From: an uncultured Acidobacteriaceae bacterium
Lineage (GTDB): Bacteria; Acidobacteriota; Terriglobia; Terriglobales; Acidobacteriaceae
NCBI GenBank assembly: GCA_963796085.1
Contig: CAWCKF010000003.1
Coordinates: 126,951 to 190,950 of the forward strand
DNA: 64,000 bases
Reading direction: 5' to 3'
How positions within the stretch are numbered: the stretch's first letter is position 1; every line of letters starts with the position of its first letter. The notes beneath the pieces are model-generated. The model worked only from the letters and a program-made list of their open reading frames with translations, ran no database searches and was not told where the DNA came from. Position numbers and translations under genes: made by a program. Positions 1-10,252 of the stretch are shown in pieces.

Positions 1-894
1 CGCTGGCCGGGGCCCTGGGCCTGAATGCGGAACTGGCCGAGGCTCTGGCGCTGGCCCACGACATCGGCCACCCGCCCTTTGGCCACGCCGGCGAAAAGGC
101 TCTCGACCAGTGCCTGCGCGGCTTCGGGCTCAGCTTCGACCACAACCTCCACGCCCTGCGCATCGTCACCTGGTTCGAGGAGCGCTACGCCGCCTTTCGC
201 GGCCTGAACCTCACCCTGGGCGTCCGCGAAGGCATCGTCAAGCACTCCCGCGACTACTCCGCCGCCGCCCATCCCGAGCTGGCCGAGTACTTCCTCGACC
301 AGTTTCCGCCGCTCGAAGCCCAGCTGATCGACCTGGCCGACGAGATCGCCTACCTCACCGCCGATCTGGACGACGGGCTGGACTCCGGCATCCTCACCCT
401 CGCCCAGGTGCGCGAAGGCGTGGCCGCTCTTCCGCGGCTTCCACGACGCCGTGCGCCGGCAATATCCGGCCGCACGCGCCCAAGCTGACCGTGAACGAGG
501 CCATCAAGCGCGTGCTGAACGCGCTGGTGACTGACCTGCTGAATGAGATGCGCGACCGCGTAGCCGCTCTCGGCGCCACTACCCTGGCCGATATCCGCCG
601 CGCTCCCCGCCGGCTGGCGGCTCTCAGCCCGCAATGGAAGCCGCGCGCGCCGACGCCAAAGAATTCCTCTACGCCAGCCTCTACAACTCTCCCATCATGG
701 AGGAGGCGCACGCGCACGCCACCAAGGTCGTCCAGGGCCTCTTTGCCGTTCTCATCGCCGACCCCGGCATGCTTCCCGAAGACCATCGCGCGCAGATCCC
801 CACCCAGGGCCTGGCCCGCACCGTCGGCGACTACATCGCCGGCATGACCGACAGCTATATTGAGCAGCTATGGGCGCGCTGCGGCGGGCGGTGA
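1..894 (+). CDS. dgt: Deoxyguanosinetriphosphate triphosphohydrolase (HD family), 5'-partial, apparent frameshifts
   Basis: Frame 3 reads ALALAHDIGHPPFGHAGE; C-terminus (ORF 634..894) reads DYIAGMTDSY. Both are dGTPase signatures. Confidence 0.9.
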
Positions 895-920
895 GGGGAT
901 GCTTAACGAATGGGACAGAC

Positions 921-2021
921 CTACGTGCGCCCCTCGCGCTTCTGAGCAATGACCATCCCTCGCGGCGTGGATAACAGGACGACGGACAGCAGCCCCTCCT
1001 GCTCCAGACGCAGAACGGCGTTGCGCACTACGTTGACGGAAGAGCTTGCATCATGCACCAGAACCAAGCCTCGCGGTTTGATCTGCGGAAGAAACCGGCG
1101 TATCTCGCTTTCACGGATATTTATATCGCTGTCGCTGTAGAGAATATCGATGGACTCGTCGATGTCGGTGTCCAGGCTCGAAGCATTGCGGTACTCGATC
1201 CAATCGGCCAATCCAGAGGAATCGATATTCTGCTTTGCTTTGGCGAATACCAGGGGATCATATTCGATGGTGATGATTTTACCAAAGCCGTTGGCTTTCA
1301 TGCCCTCAGCCATTTTCATTGCGCTATGGCCTATGAATGTGCCGGTTTCCACGATCACATCCGGCTTTACCGTTTCGACGAACGACTTGAGAAAATCCAG
1401 TACCTCAACTTCGGCGCTTTGCGCGTCGAGCATCTGCCATCTTTCCGGGAAGGGACATTCCGGCGTCGGTCCCACATATTCCGGCTGAGCGGACTCGCCG
1501 ACGACATCGATGCGGTCGAGAATGCGGTGTTCCTCATGACCCTTGAGAAAGGGTGGAAGCACGAATCCCAATACAGCGGCTCCGGCGACAATGGGGGAGA
1601 TTATCCATGCCCCAAGAGTCAGGCTCAAGTCGGTGTGAAAAACCATCGCAGCAACGATCTGATAGATGCCCAGCAGGATTGCCCATTCTCCAAAGACAAT
1701 TCCTGCCGGCCGCTGCAACTGCACTTGATGTTTCCCTTCGGACCAAAGAAACACTAGCGACAGGACGAGAGCAAGAATGCCAAGCGTCGCAGGAGTAAAC
1801 GGTGCCTCCGGGCGCGAGTATAAATGCGGCGAAGCAACAAGAAGAGCCACCGCAGCGCCGACGCTGAAGGATACACAGCCTACGTCCAGAAAGGACAGCA
1901 TATGCTTCCTTGAAAAGTGAGCCAGTTGTAGTCTGCGGCGATGGGCATCGGTGCGCCAACTGAAACCAACCCCAATGAAGCTCAAAATCACTGTGATGAT
2001 GGAATTTGATGTCGTCGTCAT
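921..2021 (-). CDS. Class I SAM-dependent methyltransferase (Methyltransf_24-like) with N-terminal membrane domain
   Basis: VETGTFIGHS motif I, IEYD acidic strand, ILYSDSD and VLVHDA; several hydrophobic helices in the first ~160 aa. Confidence 0.75.
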   Translation of the reverse strand: MTTTSNSIITVILSFIGVGFSWRTDAHRRRLQLAHFSRKHMLSFLDVGCVSFSVGAAVALLVASPHLYSRPEAPFTPATLGILALVLSLVFLWSEGKHQVQLQRPAGIVFGEWAILLGIYQIVAAMVFHTDLSLTLGAWIISPIVAGAAVLGFVLPPFLKGHEEHRILDRIDVVGESAQPEYVGPTPECPFPERWQMLDAQSAEVEVLDFLKSFVETVKPDVIVETGTFIGHSAMKMAEGMKANGFGKIITIEYDPLVFAKAKQNIDSSGLADWIEYRNASSLDTDIDESIDILYSDSDINIRESEIRRFLPQIKPRGLVLVHDASSSVNVVRNAVLRLEQEGLLSVVLLSTPRGMVIAQKREGRT

Positions 2022-2121
2022 TTAGACTGGATTGTCTCATTATTTGGTTATTATAATCAACTACTTGTGTATTGTATTCATTTTATTGCAGTTAAAAGCG
2101 CTCCCATGCTAACTTCGTTCG

Positions 2122-2359
2122 TTGATTACTGGGAGACAACTACGAGCCTGCGCGTGCATTGCTCGACTGGGAGCAGATCGAGTTGGCGAAGCGTGCGCGC
2201 GTCGCCATCGGTACAATCCGCCGCATGGAATCCTTCAGCGGCGAAATCGGCGCGCGTACCTCGACGCTTTCTCAGGTCCAGGCGACGCTTGAGAAGGCGG
2301 GGATTCAGTTCCTCAATGATGGGAGTCCGGGCGTCAGGTTATGCAAACCCTCCAAGTAA
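2122..2359 (+). CDS. XRE-family helix-turn-helix protein (1-nt indel near 2146)
   Basis: TTG at 2122 gives MITGRQLR(A)ARALLDWEQIELAKRARVAIGTIRRME...LEKAGIQF...GVRL, a typical small XRE HTH. Confidence 0.75.
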
Positions 2360-2370
2360 CTTGCCCCGCC

Positions 2371-3418
2371 TTACTGCACCGTTCCCTGCGGCCTCAGCCG
2401 GCGCAGGTCCAGCGCGCACTCGACGGCATTCTGCGCATGAAGACGCAGATTGTCGGATGCGGCCCAGAGCCACAGGCGGGAAACCTGGCTGGAGTTGCGC
2501 GCGCCCTGTTCCGGCCGCAGCCGCACCAGCACATCGTTCTGGCCGGTAGCGGCCAGGTTCGACGGCGAATCAGTATCTTCCAGCACCAGGTCCACGTGTT
2601 CGCCGCTCAGAGCCTCTTCCAGCGCGGAGATCTCCACCGGCCGCTCCAGCTCCACGGCAATGGAAAAGGTGTGGCCGTGGAAGACGGGCGCATGAATCAC
2701 CTGCAAGAGCCAGCGCAGGCCAGCGCCCGGCGGCCAGCGCGTCATAGTGGCGGCGAATCCGCGCCTCCACCGCGCTCAGGCTGACGGCCGCGCTCTCGCC
2801 CAGGCCGCCCAGCAGGTTATAGGCCGCCTGCGCGTCGTAGATGGCGCGCGGCATGCCCTGGAAGCTGAGCAGGCTCACCGTCTGCTGGTGCAGCTCGTCC
2901 ATGGCGGCGCGGCCAAACTCGCTGGCCGGCTCCAGCAGCGTGGCGGCGGCAAAGCGCACCGGCGCGGCCTGTTGCAGCCGCTCCAGCACCAGCGCCAGGG
3001 CCAGCGCCGCGGGATGCGCCGGGACCACGGCGGGAGTAAACAGGTCGGGCTCACCGCCTCAGAACCCAGCCCTCTGAAGTCCAGCCAAGGCGCGCGCACC
3101 AGCACGCCCGTCTCCTGGTCCAGCGCGCCGGAAAGGTCGAGAACCGTGGAACCGGAGCGCAGCGCCTGGCGCCAGTGCTTGCGGGTCAGGTCCTCCGTGC
3201 CGGCAAAAAAGGTAAAGTCCACGCGTTCAAAGGCATCCGCGCCGATGGCCTGGACGAAGGTGACCTCGTCGCCCACCTGGTCCAACTGGCCCTGCGCCTC
3301 TTCCTCGTCCAGCAGGAACAAAGTTGGCCGCGGCCAGGGGCGACTCCGAGAGGGCTTCCTTCAATTCCCGGCCCAGCAGGGTGGAGGCTCCGGCAATGGC
3401 GATCTTGTACACAGGCAT
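2371..3418 (-). CDS. Aspartate-semialdehyde dehydrogenase-like protein (Asd/Usg family), frameshifted
   Basis: KIAIAGASTLLGREL Rossmann start, VLDLSGA, APVFHGHTFS, WAASDNLRLHAQNAVE; assembled from ORFs 3227-3418, 2875-3321, 2570-3028 and 2371-2745. Confidence 0.85.
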
Positions 3419-3423
3419 CCTTC

Positions 3424-4343
3424 TTATGATTGTGAAAAGCTACGAGGGCCGCAATGAATCCGGCGCTGCCGCGGCTGCATCCGGCTCCGCAACCCCGTGC
3501 GGCCTTCTGCGCCGCCGCCGCGACCACGAATACGCCGCCCGCGCCCAGATGCCGGAGAACATGTAGACCAGCGCCATGGCAGAAGAGCACCACGTTGGAG
3601 AAGCGGATCATGATATACAGCACGACGGCCAGCACAAACAGCAACTGGAAGGGATGGCTGCGGGAGAAGTTGATCTCCTTGGCCGACCAGAAGCGCCAGG
3701 TGCTGACCATCAGGAAGCCGCTCAGCCCCACCAGGATGAGCCAGGGAACGGCGACCCACCACGCCTGTACCGGAATGCCGTAGACAGAGGTGCACGGTGG
3801 CGGCCAGCAGACCGGCAGCCGCGGGAATCGGCATGCCCACAAAATACTTGCGCTCCGGCCGGCCCGGATTGCGCGGCTGCGCATCGTGGCTGATGTTGAA
3901 GCGCGCCAGCCGCGAGACCCCGCCGATGAGAAACAGGAAGCAGATGAAGGCCCCGGCCTGCATGCAGGTGCTGGTGCAACTGCGGGTTGATGGAATCGGG
4001 CAGGAAGTGGAATCCCCAGATGAGCGCCAGCAGGCTGGGCGCCACGCCGAAGGTGATGGCGTCGGCCAGCGAATCCAGTTCCTTGCCAAATTCGCTGGCG
4101 GTGTTGGTCATGCGCGCGATGCGGCCGTCCAGCGCGTCGAAGGGGATGGCGAAGAGGATGGCGATGGCCGCCCAGTCCAGGTGCGTATGCCGCGTTGCCG
4201 CTGATGGCCTTGATGGTCTCGGTGATGGAAAAGTAGCCGGCGGCGATGTTGCCCGCGGTAAACAGCGAGGGCAGCAGGAACATGCCGCGGCGCAGGCGGG
4301 CCCTGGCGTTGGCCCTGGCCAGGCTGAGATCGCGGCCGTTCAT
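3424..4343 (-). CDS. pssA: CDP-diacylglycerol--serine O-phosphatidyltransferase, frameshifted
   Basis: LLPSLFTAGN, DGRIARMTNTASEFGKELDSLADAITFGVAP, RLARFN, FVGMPIPAAA across frames; 3' end approximate. Confidence 0.9.
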
Positions 4344-4970
4344 GAGGCCGCTCCATCGCGCCATGGCCGCCAGCACGCTCGAGCCGCCCTTCACCCGCTG
4401 GCCCACCTTCACGCGCAGAACCGCCTCGGCCGGCAGCAGCACATCCACCCTGGAGCCGAACTTGATCAGGCCCACGCGCTGCCCGCGCTCCACCGTGTCG
4501 CCCTCGTGAAGTTGAAGACGATGCGCCGCGCCAGCAGGCCGGCAATCTGCTTGAAAGTGACCTCCATGCCCTCGCCGCGCACGGTCACGATGTTCTGCTC
4601 GTTGCGGTCCGCCGAGGCCGGGTTCATGGCGTTCAGATACTGGCCCTTCCGGTAGCGCACAGCTGCTGAGAACGCCGCCGATGGGCGAGCGGTTCACATG
4701 CACATCAAAGACGCTGAGAAAGATGCTGATCCGCTGCCGGGGGCCCTGGGGAGTGGCGATGGTGACCGCCTCGGTGACCAGCCCGTCGCCCGGCGACACA
4801 ATCAACCCCGGACCGGCAGGAACCGTGCGCCGGGGATCGCGGAAAAACCATAGAAAAAACGCCGCCAGCAGCACCGGCGCCATGCCCCACGCCCAATTGC
4901 CCGTCGCCCACATGAGCAACCCCGCCACCGCCAGAAAGCTCAAACCGTAAATGTAACCGTCACGAACCAT
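4340..4970 (-). CDS. psd: Phosphatidylserine decarboxylase proenzyme, frameshifted
   Basis: [38 protein letters not shown] cleavage motif; probable ATGA overlap with pssA. Confidence 0.9.
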
Positions 4971-5224
4971 TGTCCCAACGATTATACGGTGATTTCGCGA
5001 TAGCAAAACCAGGGATATGTATCCCGAAACCCCAGCACTCCAGTCGACGCGACCATCAGGGAGCGGCGACCCTGTACAAAACCGAACAAGACATAGTATC
5101 CCTGGTTTTGCCTTCCTCTGCCGACTCCATCGGGCTGCGACCTTGGCGCACACCACCCGCCCTGAGGCCACAGGAACTGGCGCTCAAGCGATTCGCCTGC
5201 TTGAAACCGGCTGCTCTCTAAACC

Positions 5225-5434
5225 CTATGCGACAGCCGGCGACCGGCGCTCCAGGGCAAAGATCAGGTCTTTGGCGTGCAGCTTCAGCTTCTTCAGGCGC
5301 ACTTCCTCGAGCTGTTCTTCCGTGGAGAGATAGGGCTTTTGAAGCAATTCTTCCAACCGCTGAGCGTAGCGATGATGTTCGGCATGCAGGCGATTAATTT
5401 CTTCGCTCAGCGTTGGATCCTGTACTTCGTCCAT
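5225..5434 (-). CDS. DUF465/YdcH-family small coiled-coil protein
   Basis: EEVRLKKLKLHAKDLI motif; GGAGG RBS upstream. Confidence 0.8.
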   Translation of the reverse strand: MDEVQDPTLSEEINRLHAEHHRYAQRLEELLQKPYLSTEEQLEEVRLKKLKLHAKDLIFALERRSPAVA

Positions 5435-5619
5435 CAAGCACCTCCCTTGTTACAGAACAATTACATATTCCCCCGCAGGCGCGCAATCTGCAAGATGGGG
5501 ACGGCCGGAAAATGAGTGAAGGTCATTTGAAGATAAAGATTCCTGTACGAAAAACATGCATTGGCGCCGGGGATCACAGCCGCGCCGCCGGCCTACACGC
5601 TGTTATTCCCGCCCCTCTG

Positions 5620-6771
5620 TCACTCTAATTGCAACCGCAGCAGAACCGCATCATCAATAGGATCAGCGTAGTAGCGCGGGCGGCGGCCGGTTTTGCTCCA
5701 GCCCGTTGCCCGGTAGAACCCCAGCGCCGCGTGGTTCGAGGCCCGCACCTCCAGAACAACCTCCGTAACCCCGGCCAGGCCAAGCTGGTAGACCAACTCC
5801 TCAAAGAGCTTCCGCGCCAGGCCCCGGCGCTGGAATCGAGCATCGACCGCGATAATCTCCAATTCGGCTTGCGGCGGTTGCAGGCTGGCTACCAGAAAGC
5901 CCGTTACATTGAGCGCCTCTTGTGAGACCAGCGCAATCCGCCGCGGCACAGCGTCCCGGTCCAGCGCGGCCTGATAGTTCTTGCGCGTCCAGTGGGGCAG
6001 TTCGTTCAGGCTCGCGGCAACTTCCATCACCTCATTCAGGTCCATCCCGCACATCGGCCGCACCAGAATCACCGGCTCGGATTTCGCGCTCTCTTCGGCC
6101 GCCTCGGCAGCTTCGCCAAAGATCTCCGCATCCGGCCGGCGCAGGTAGTGGCCGTCCAGCAGCGCCAAGTCAACAAATACCCCGGCATCGACCCGCGCCG
6201 CGCCGAAGAGGAGCGCATCGCCGGCAGTGGGGGCCGGAGTCCGCACCAATTCCGTGGCCGGCCAGGCCGCCGCCAGCAGAGCCGCCGCTGCTTCATCGCA
6301 GACGGCGATGCGCTTGGGCGCGGGGTCGATGGCGGCCAGCTCCTGGGCACCGGCCAGCAGTTCCCTTGCCTGGGCTTGCGGCTCGCCGAGGCGAAGAAAA
6401 ATCTCCTGGCGCTGGGCATCGAGAGCCGCGGAGGGAATGCCGGCTTTATGGGCCAGCACCTCCAGCCGCGACAGCGCCACGACGGGAATACGCGCAGATT
6501 CCGCCAGGCCTTTCACCGCGCTGAGGCCCACGCGCACCCCGGTAAAGCTGCCCGGCCCGTTGACGGCGACGATGGCGCTGAGCTGCGGCAGTGGCACTTC
6601 GGCCAGGCTGAGAAGCTCGCAGACGGACGATACCAGACTGTCGGAGCTGCGGCGTTCGCCAAGTTGTGAGGTGCCCAGGATTTGGAGTTCTCCGAAAAGC
6701 TGCTGCCCCAGCGACACCGTGGGGGTGGGTCCGCAGGTGTCGATGGCGAGAAGAAAGGCATAGTCTTGCAT
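5620..6771 (-). CDS. tsaB: TsaB followed in frame by RimI-like N-acetyltransferase
   Basis: LAIDT and GPGSFTGVRVG (TsaB); IAVDARFQRRGLA, LEVRASN, RPRYY (RimI). Confidence 0.9.
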   Translation of the reverse strand: MQDYAFLLAIDTCGPTPTVSLGQQLFGELQILGTSQLGERRSSDSLVSSVCELLSLAEVPLPQLSAIVAVNGPGSFTGVRVGLSAVKGLAESARIPVVALSRLEVLAHKAGIPSAALDAQRQEIFLRLGEPQAQARELLAGAQELAAIDPAPKRIAVCDEAAAALLAAAWPATELVRTPAPTAGDALLFGAARVDAGVFVDLALLDGHYLRRPDAEIFGEAAEAAEESAKSEPVILVRPMCGMDLNEVMEVAASLNELPHWTRKNYQAALDRDAVPRRIALVSQEALNVTGFLVASLQPPQAELEIIAVDARFQRRGLARKLFEELVYQLGLAGVTEVVLEVRASNHAALGFYRATGWSKTGRRPRYYADPIDDAVLLRLQLE

Positions 6772-6780
6772 GGCGGCTGA

Positions 6781-6840
6781 TTATACCGCCTTGAGCGCCT
6801 GCTCCAGATCGGCGATCAGGTCTTCCTTGTCCTCAATGCC
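6781..6840 (-). repeat. 60-bp direct repeat, copy 1: displaced 3' end of the trans-sulfuration gene
   Basis: 59/60 identical to 7912..7971; encodes GIEDKEDLIADLEQALKAV*. Confidence 0.97.
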
Positions 6841-6988
6841 CAGAGAAGCAAAGCGTGCGGCGGGAACAGACCAGCCTGAGCACACGTTTCCAAAGATGGT
6901 TGGCTGGTTAACATGACCCCCTCAGCATGACACAGCCACAACCTAGGCTTCCAGACCGGCCCATGCAGGTGGGATACTGACGGAAACG

Positions 6989-7198
6989 TTATTTTTTCCC
7001 GCGCTGGTGTTGGCGCACCAGTTCCGTAAGAGACATATCGGTCTCTTTCCGTACCGTCGAGAGCTTGGCGTTGCCGCGCCAATCGCGCAGGAAATCCTCT
7101 CCGTATTCTTTGCGAAGAGTACGTACGAGAGTGTCTCCCCTCTTCTCGTCGATCCGTCCGTTCTTATCGCGGTGACGGTTATCCAGACCCGTGCTCAT
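6989..7198 (-). CDS. Small basic hypothetical protein (69 aa)
   Basis: AAAGGAG RBS; GLDNRHRDKNG...TLVRTLRKEYG pattern. Confidence 0.7.
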   Translation of the reverse strand: MSTGLDNRHRDKNGRIDEKRGDTLVRTLRKEYGEDFLRDWRGNAKLSTVRKETDMSLTELVRQHQRGKK

Positions 7199-7233
7199 TG
7201 CTTGCTCTCCTTTCTAATCAAGCACCCATACAC

Positions 7234-7626
7234 TTATTTGCGCTTCGAACTGCGCGTTGTATCTACCAGTCTCAGATTCCGTCGTTGCTTGTATAGAGCC
7301 GTCATCCATTTCTCCGATCCATAGACGCCTTGAAGCAGCCCTGGAACATAGTGGGCGACATCGAGAAACGGCCAGAGCAGGCCTGTGCCGCCGCCTAGTA
7401 TCTGAATTCGGCTTAGTTCTTTCACTGGAGCACCGGCAAGCCCCTGTATCAGGCGACGCGGAATAGTGTAGATCGCACCATCGTCGAGGACCAACCGCAA
7501 CCTGTCCGTCGCCTTCGAGTAGGTGGCTTTCAATACCCTTCGATCATATTTTGCGTACTTGCGCGCTCGTCCGAGAGCCGCATCGATCTCCGCGTCCGTA
7601 ACAGCAACCTGTGCAAGTTCAGGCAT
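7234..7626 (-). CDS. DUF2442-domain protein, putative antitoxin
   Basis: IPRRLIQGL...GGGTGLLWPFLDVAHYVPGLLQGVYGSEKWM; overlaps the upstream DUF4160-like gene. Confidence 0.8.
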   Translation of the reverse strand: MPELAQVAVTDAEIDAALGRARKYAKYDRRVLKATYSKATDRLRLVLDDGAIYTIPRRLIQGLAGAPVKELSRIQILGGGTGLLWPFLDVAHYVPGLLQGVYGSEKWMTALYKQRRNLRLVDTTRSSKRK

Positions 7627-7873
7627 GGGCTTCCTCCCACAATTCCATCAGATCGTTGAAATGCGCATTGGCCGCGCTGAATATGTGCTGCACATGATTC
7701 CTTTTCGCATTGCTAGGTTGGATAGCATCCCACCGTTCAGCCAATCGCACACGTCCATCGATGTTCAATTCGAGGATGACAACAACTCCCTGGTATCGGC
7801 CATGAACGTGCGGAGGATCGTGATCTTCCGGATACACACGGAAGGTGACTCCATCGAATCGGTACGAACCCAC
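7619..7873 (-). CDS. DUF4160-domain protein, putative toxin
   Basis: FRVYPEDHDPPHVH motif and terminal ELWEEAHA. Confidence 0.8.
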   Translation of the reverse strand: MGSYRFDGVTFRVYPEDHDPPHVHGRYQGVVVILELNIDGRVRLAERWDAIQPSNAKRNHVQHIFSAANAHFNDLMELWEEAHA

Positions 7874-7911
7874 GCATACATGATACTCCAGAATGGGACT
7901 TCGAAGCGGCC

Positions 7912-7971
7912 TTATACCGCCTTGAGCGCCTGCTCCAGATCGGCGATCAGGTCTTCCTTGTCCTCGATGCC
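7912..7971 (-). repeat. 60-bp direct repeat, copy 2 (functional gene 3' end)
   Basis: Matches 6781..6840 with one synonymous difference. Confidence 0.97.
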
Positions 7972-9068
7972 GACGGAAAGCCGTATCCGCCCCTGGGTGA
8001 TGCCCATGGCCCGGCGCACTTCCTCGCTCACCGAGGCGTGCGTGGTGGTGGCCGAGTGCGAGGCCAGCGACTCCACCCCGCCCAGCGACTCCGCGCTGAG
8101 GAAGATTTTGATCGCGCCCAGGAATCGTCCCGCGGCTTCCTGCGAATCCAGCTCGAAGCTCATCATGGAGCCGAATCCCTTCTGCTGCTTCACGGCCAGA
8201 TCGTATTGCGGATGGGTCTTCAGTCCCGGATAGGCCAGCCCTTTCACCTTGGGATGCGTGGAAAGGTACTCGGCCACAGCGCGGCCGTTCTCCTCGTGCT
8301 GCCCGATGCGCTGAGCGGCAGAGTCCTGATGCCGCGCAGCACCAGGAAGCACTCGAAGGGCGACATGACTCCGCCCGCCGCCTTTTGCACCAGCAGAAAG
8401 CGCTCCTTGTGCTCCGGCGTGGAGCCGATCAGCGCTCCGCCCAGCCCGTCGGAGTGGCCGTTGAGGTACTTGGTGGTGGAATGCATCACGATGTCGGCGC
8501 CCAGCTCCAGCGAACGCTGCAGGACCGGCGACAGAAAGGTGTTGTCCACGCTGACCTCGACGCCGCGAGCGTGGGCAATCTTGCTGACCGCGGCAATGTC
8601 GGTCAAAACCATGAGCGGATTGCTGGGCGTTTCAATGTGAACCAGCTTGGTTGTGGGCCGGATGGCCGCGGCTACGGTGTCAAGGTTGCTGGTGTCCACA
8701 TACTCGATTTCGATGCCGTAGCCCGCCACGATCTGGTCGAAGAGCCGCACTGTGCCGGCATACACATCTTTTGAACAGACCACGTGGTCGCCCGAGCGCA
8801 GCATGGCCACCAGCGCGGAGATGGCCGCCATGCCGCTGGTAAAGGCATGGCCGCTGTGCCCGCCTTCCAGAGCCGCCAGAGCTTCTTCCAGCCGGTCCCG
8901 CGTGGGATTGCCGGCGCGCGAGTAGTCCCAGCCGCGGTCCGTGCCGATGCCGGTCAGTTCAAAAGTCGATGAAAGGTAAACAGGCACATTCACGGCGCCC
9001 GTATGCGGGTCAGGGTACTGCCCGGCATGAACGGCAAGGGTCGAGTATTTGTATGGGGAAGGGTTCAT
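7912..9068 (-). CDS. Cys/Met metabolism PLP enzyme (cystathionine gamma-synthase/lyase), frameshift near 8300
   Basis: YSRAGNPT, ETPSNP, VDNTF, HSTTKYLNGHSD, AESLGGVESL, RLSVGIED. Confidence 0.93.
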
Positions 9069-9148
9069 CTTTCGCGATTAAGCTCCTGTCTTCCAGCTTA
9101 TCGCGCTGGGCACAGATCATGTGTTCCGGCTGTAATCCGGAGCCCCGT

Positions 9149-10252
9149 CTATTGCGGGGCTGAACCGGCCTGCTTGATTGCGGCGTGGGGGATGGGGAAG
9201 TAACCGGTGCGGGTGCGGACGTTGAGTTTGCTCATGCCCCTGGCTTCAGCCTTCACCTCCACGCGGCGGAATCCCGGTTCCGTGGTCGGCCTGGTGGAGC
9301 GGTAGCCCAGCATGTACTGGTTGCGGATATCGCGGGCCACCTCGGCGGCGATCTGGTCAACCTGCTCGATGGATTTGGGAAAGAAGGCCATGCCGCCGGT
9401 CTCGGTGGAGAGCATCTCCAGCGCCCGCCGCGCATGCTTCACTTCGGTGCGGCTCATCTCGTCGCCAAACAGCAGTCCGATGGAGTAGATGACCGGCCCG
9501 GAGAGCTGCTGCACGCGGCGGATGGTCTGCTCCAGGCTCAGCGTGGAGGCGTTGTCTTCGCCGTCGGTAATCAGGATGAGAACCTGCTTGGGCCGCTTGG
9601 CGTCGGCGGCCAGCTTGTCCGCCGAAGCCACCACCGCATCGTAGAGCGCGGTGCCGCCGCGGGCCTCGATGTGCCCCAGCCCGTCGCGCAGCTTGTTCAC
9701 ATCGGAAGTGAAATCCTGGTCGATAAAGGCTTCGTCGGAAAAATTCACCACAAAGGCCTCGTCCTGCGGGTTGGAGGCCTCAATCAGGTCCAGGGCGCTC
9801 TTGTTCACCGCGGGACGCTTGCGCGTCATGGACCCGGAGTTGTCAACCACCATGGCGATGGAAACCGGAAGGTCAGTGTGCTGGAAGCTGATGAGGGTTT
9901 GTTGAACCCCGTCCTCGTAGACCTCAAAGTTTTCCTTCTTCAGGTTGGGAACCAGATTATTGCCATCCAGCACGGTGCAATTCAGCACCACCTCTTCCAC
10001 GTCGGTGTGCAGAACCCAGCTCTCGCCCTGCTTGCGCATCTGCGCGGCCGGAGGTGGGGCCGGCTCGCCATCCGGGGAGCGCACCGGGTCGCGGTCCACG
10101 GTGAGGGATGGAGCCTGTCCTGCCGCGGCCGGAGCGGGCGCAGGGGCAGATGGAGCCGGCGCCTGTTGCGCCGCCGGGGCGAGCTCCGCCACGGCAAGAA
10201 AGGCCGCGAGCATCGCGATATTGCAGAAGCGCATAGTAGACGGTGCGAACAT
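9149..10252 (-). CDS. Secreted VWA-domain protein (acidobacterial VWFA-related type)
   Basis: Signal peptide; MIDAS DNSGS, GGTALYDA, ITDGEDN, TGG, RTRTGY. Confidence 0.88.
   Translation of the reverse strand: MFAPSTMRFCNIAMLAAFLAVAELAPAAQQAPAPSAPAPAPAAAGQAPSLTVDRDPVRSPDGEPAPPPAAQMRKQGESWVLHTDVEEVVLNCTVLDGNNLVPNLKKENFEVYEDGVQQTLISFQHTDLPVSIAMVVDNSGSMTRKRPAVNKSALDLIEASNPQDEAFVVNFSDEAFIDQDFTSDVNKLRDGLGHIEARGGTALYDAVVASADKLAADAKRPKQVLILITDGEDNASTLSLEQTIRRVQQLSGPVIYSIGLLFGDEMSRTEVKHARRALEMLSTETGGMAFFPKSIEQVDQIAAEVARDIRNQYMLGYRSTRPTTEPGFRRVEVKAEARGMSKLNVRTRTGYFPIPHAAIKQAGSAPQ

Larger units (their letters stand above)
6841..7911. mobile_element. Small integrated islet (TA pair plus small basic protein) between 60-bp direct repeats; no integrase
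   Basis: Lower-GC three-gene block bounded by the duplicated gene end. Confidence 0.7.

Noticed and set aside
3186-5171. 661-aa ORF suggesting a Psd-PssA fusion
   Set aside because: It drifts in and out of the true frames; a normal ATGA overlap exists at 4340-4343.
9069-9148. SAM riboswitch upstream of the trans-sulfuration gene
   Set aside because: The spacer is only 80 bp and has no SAM-I core motifs.
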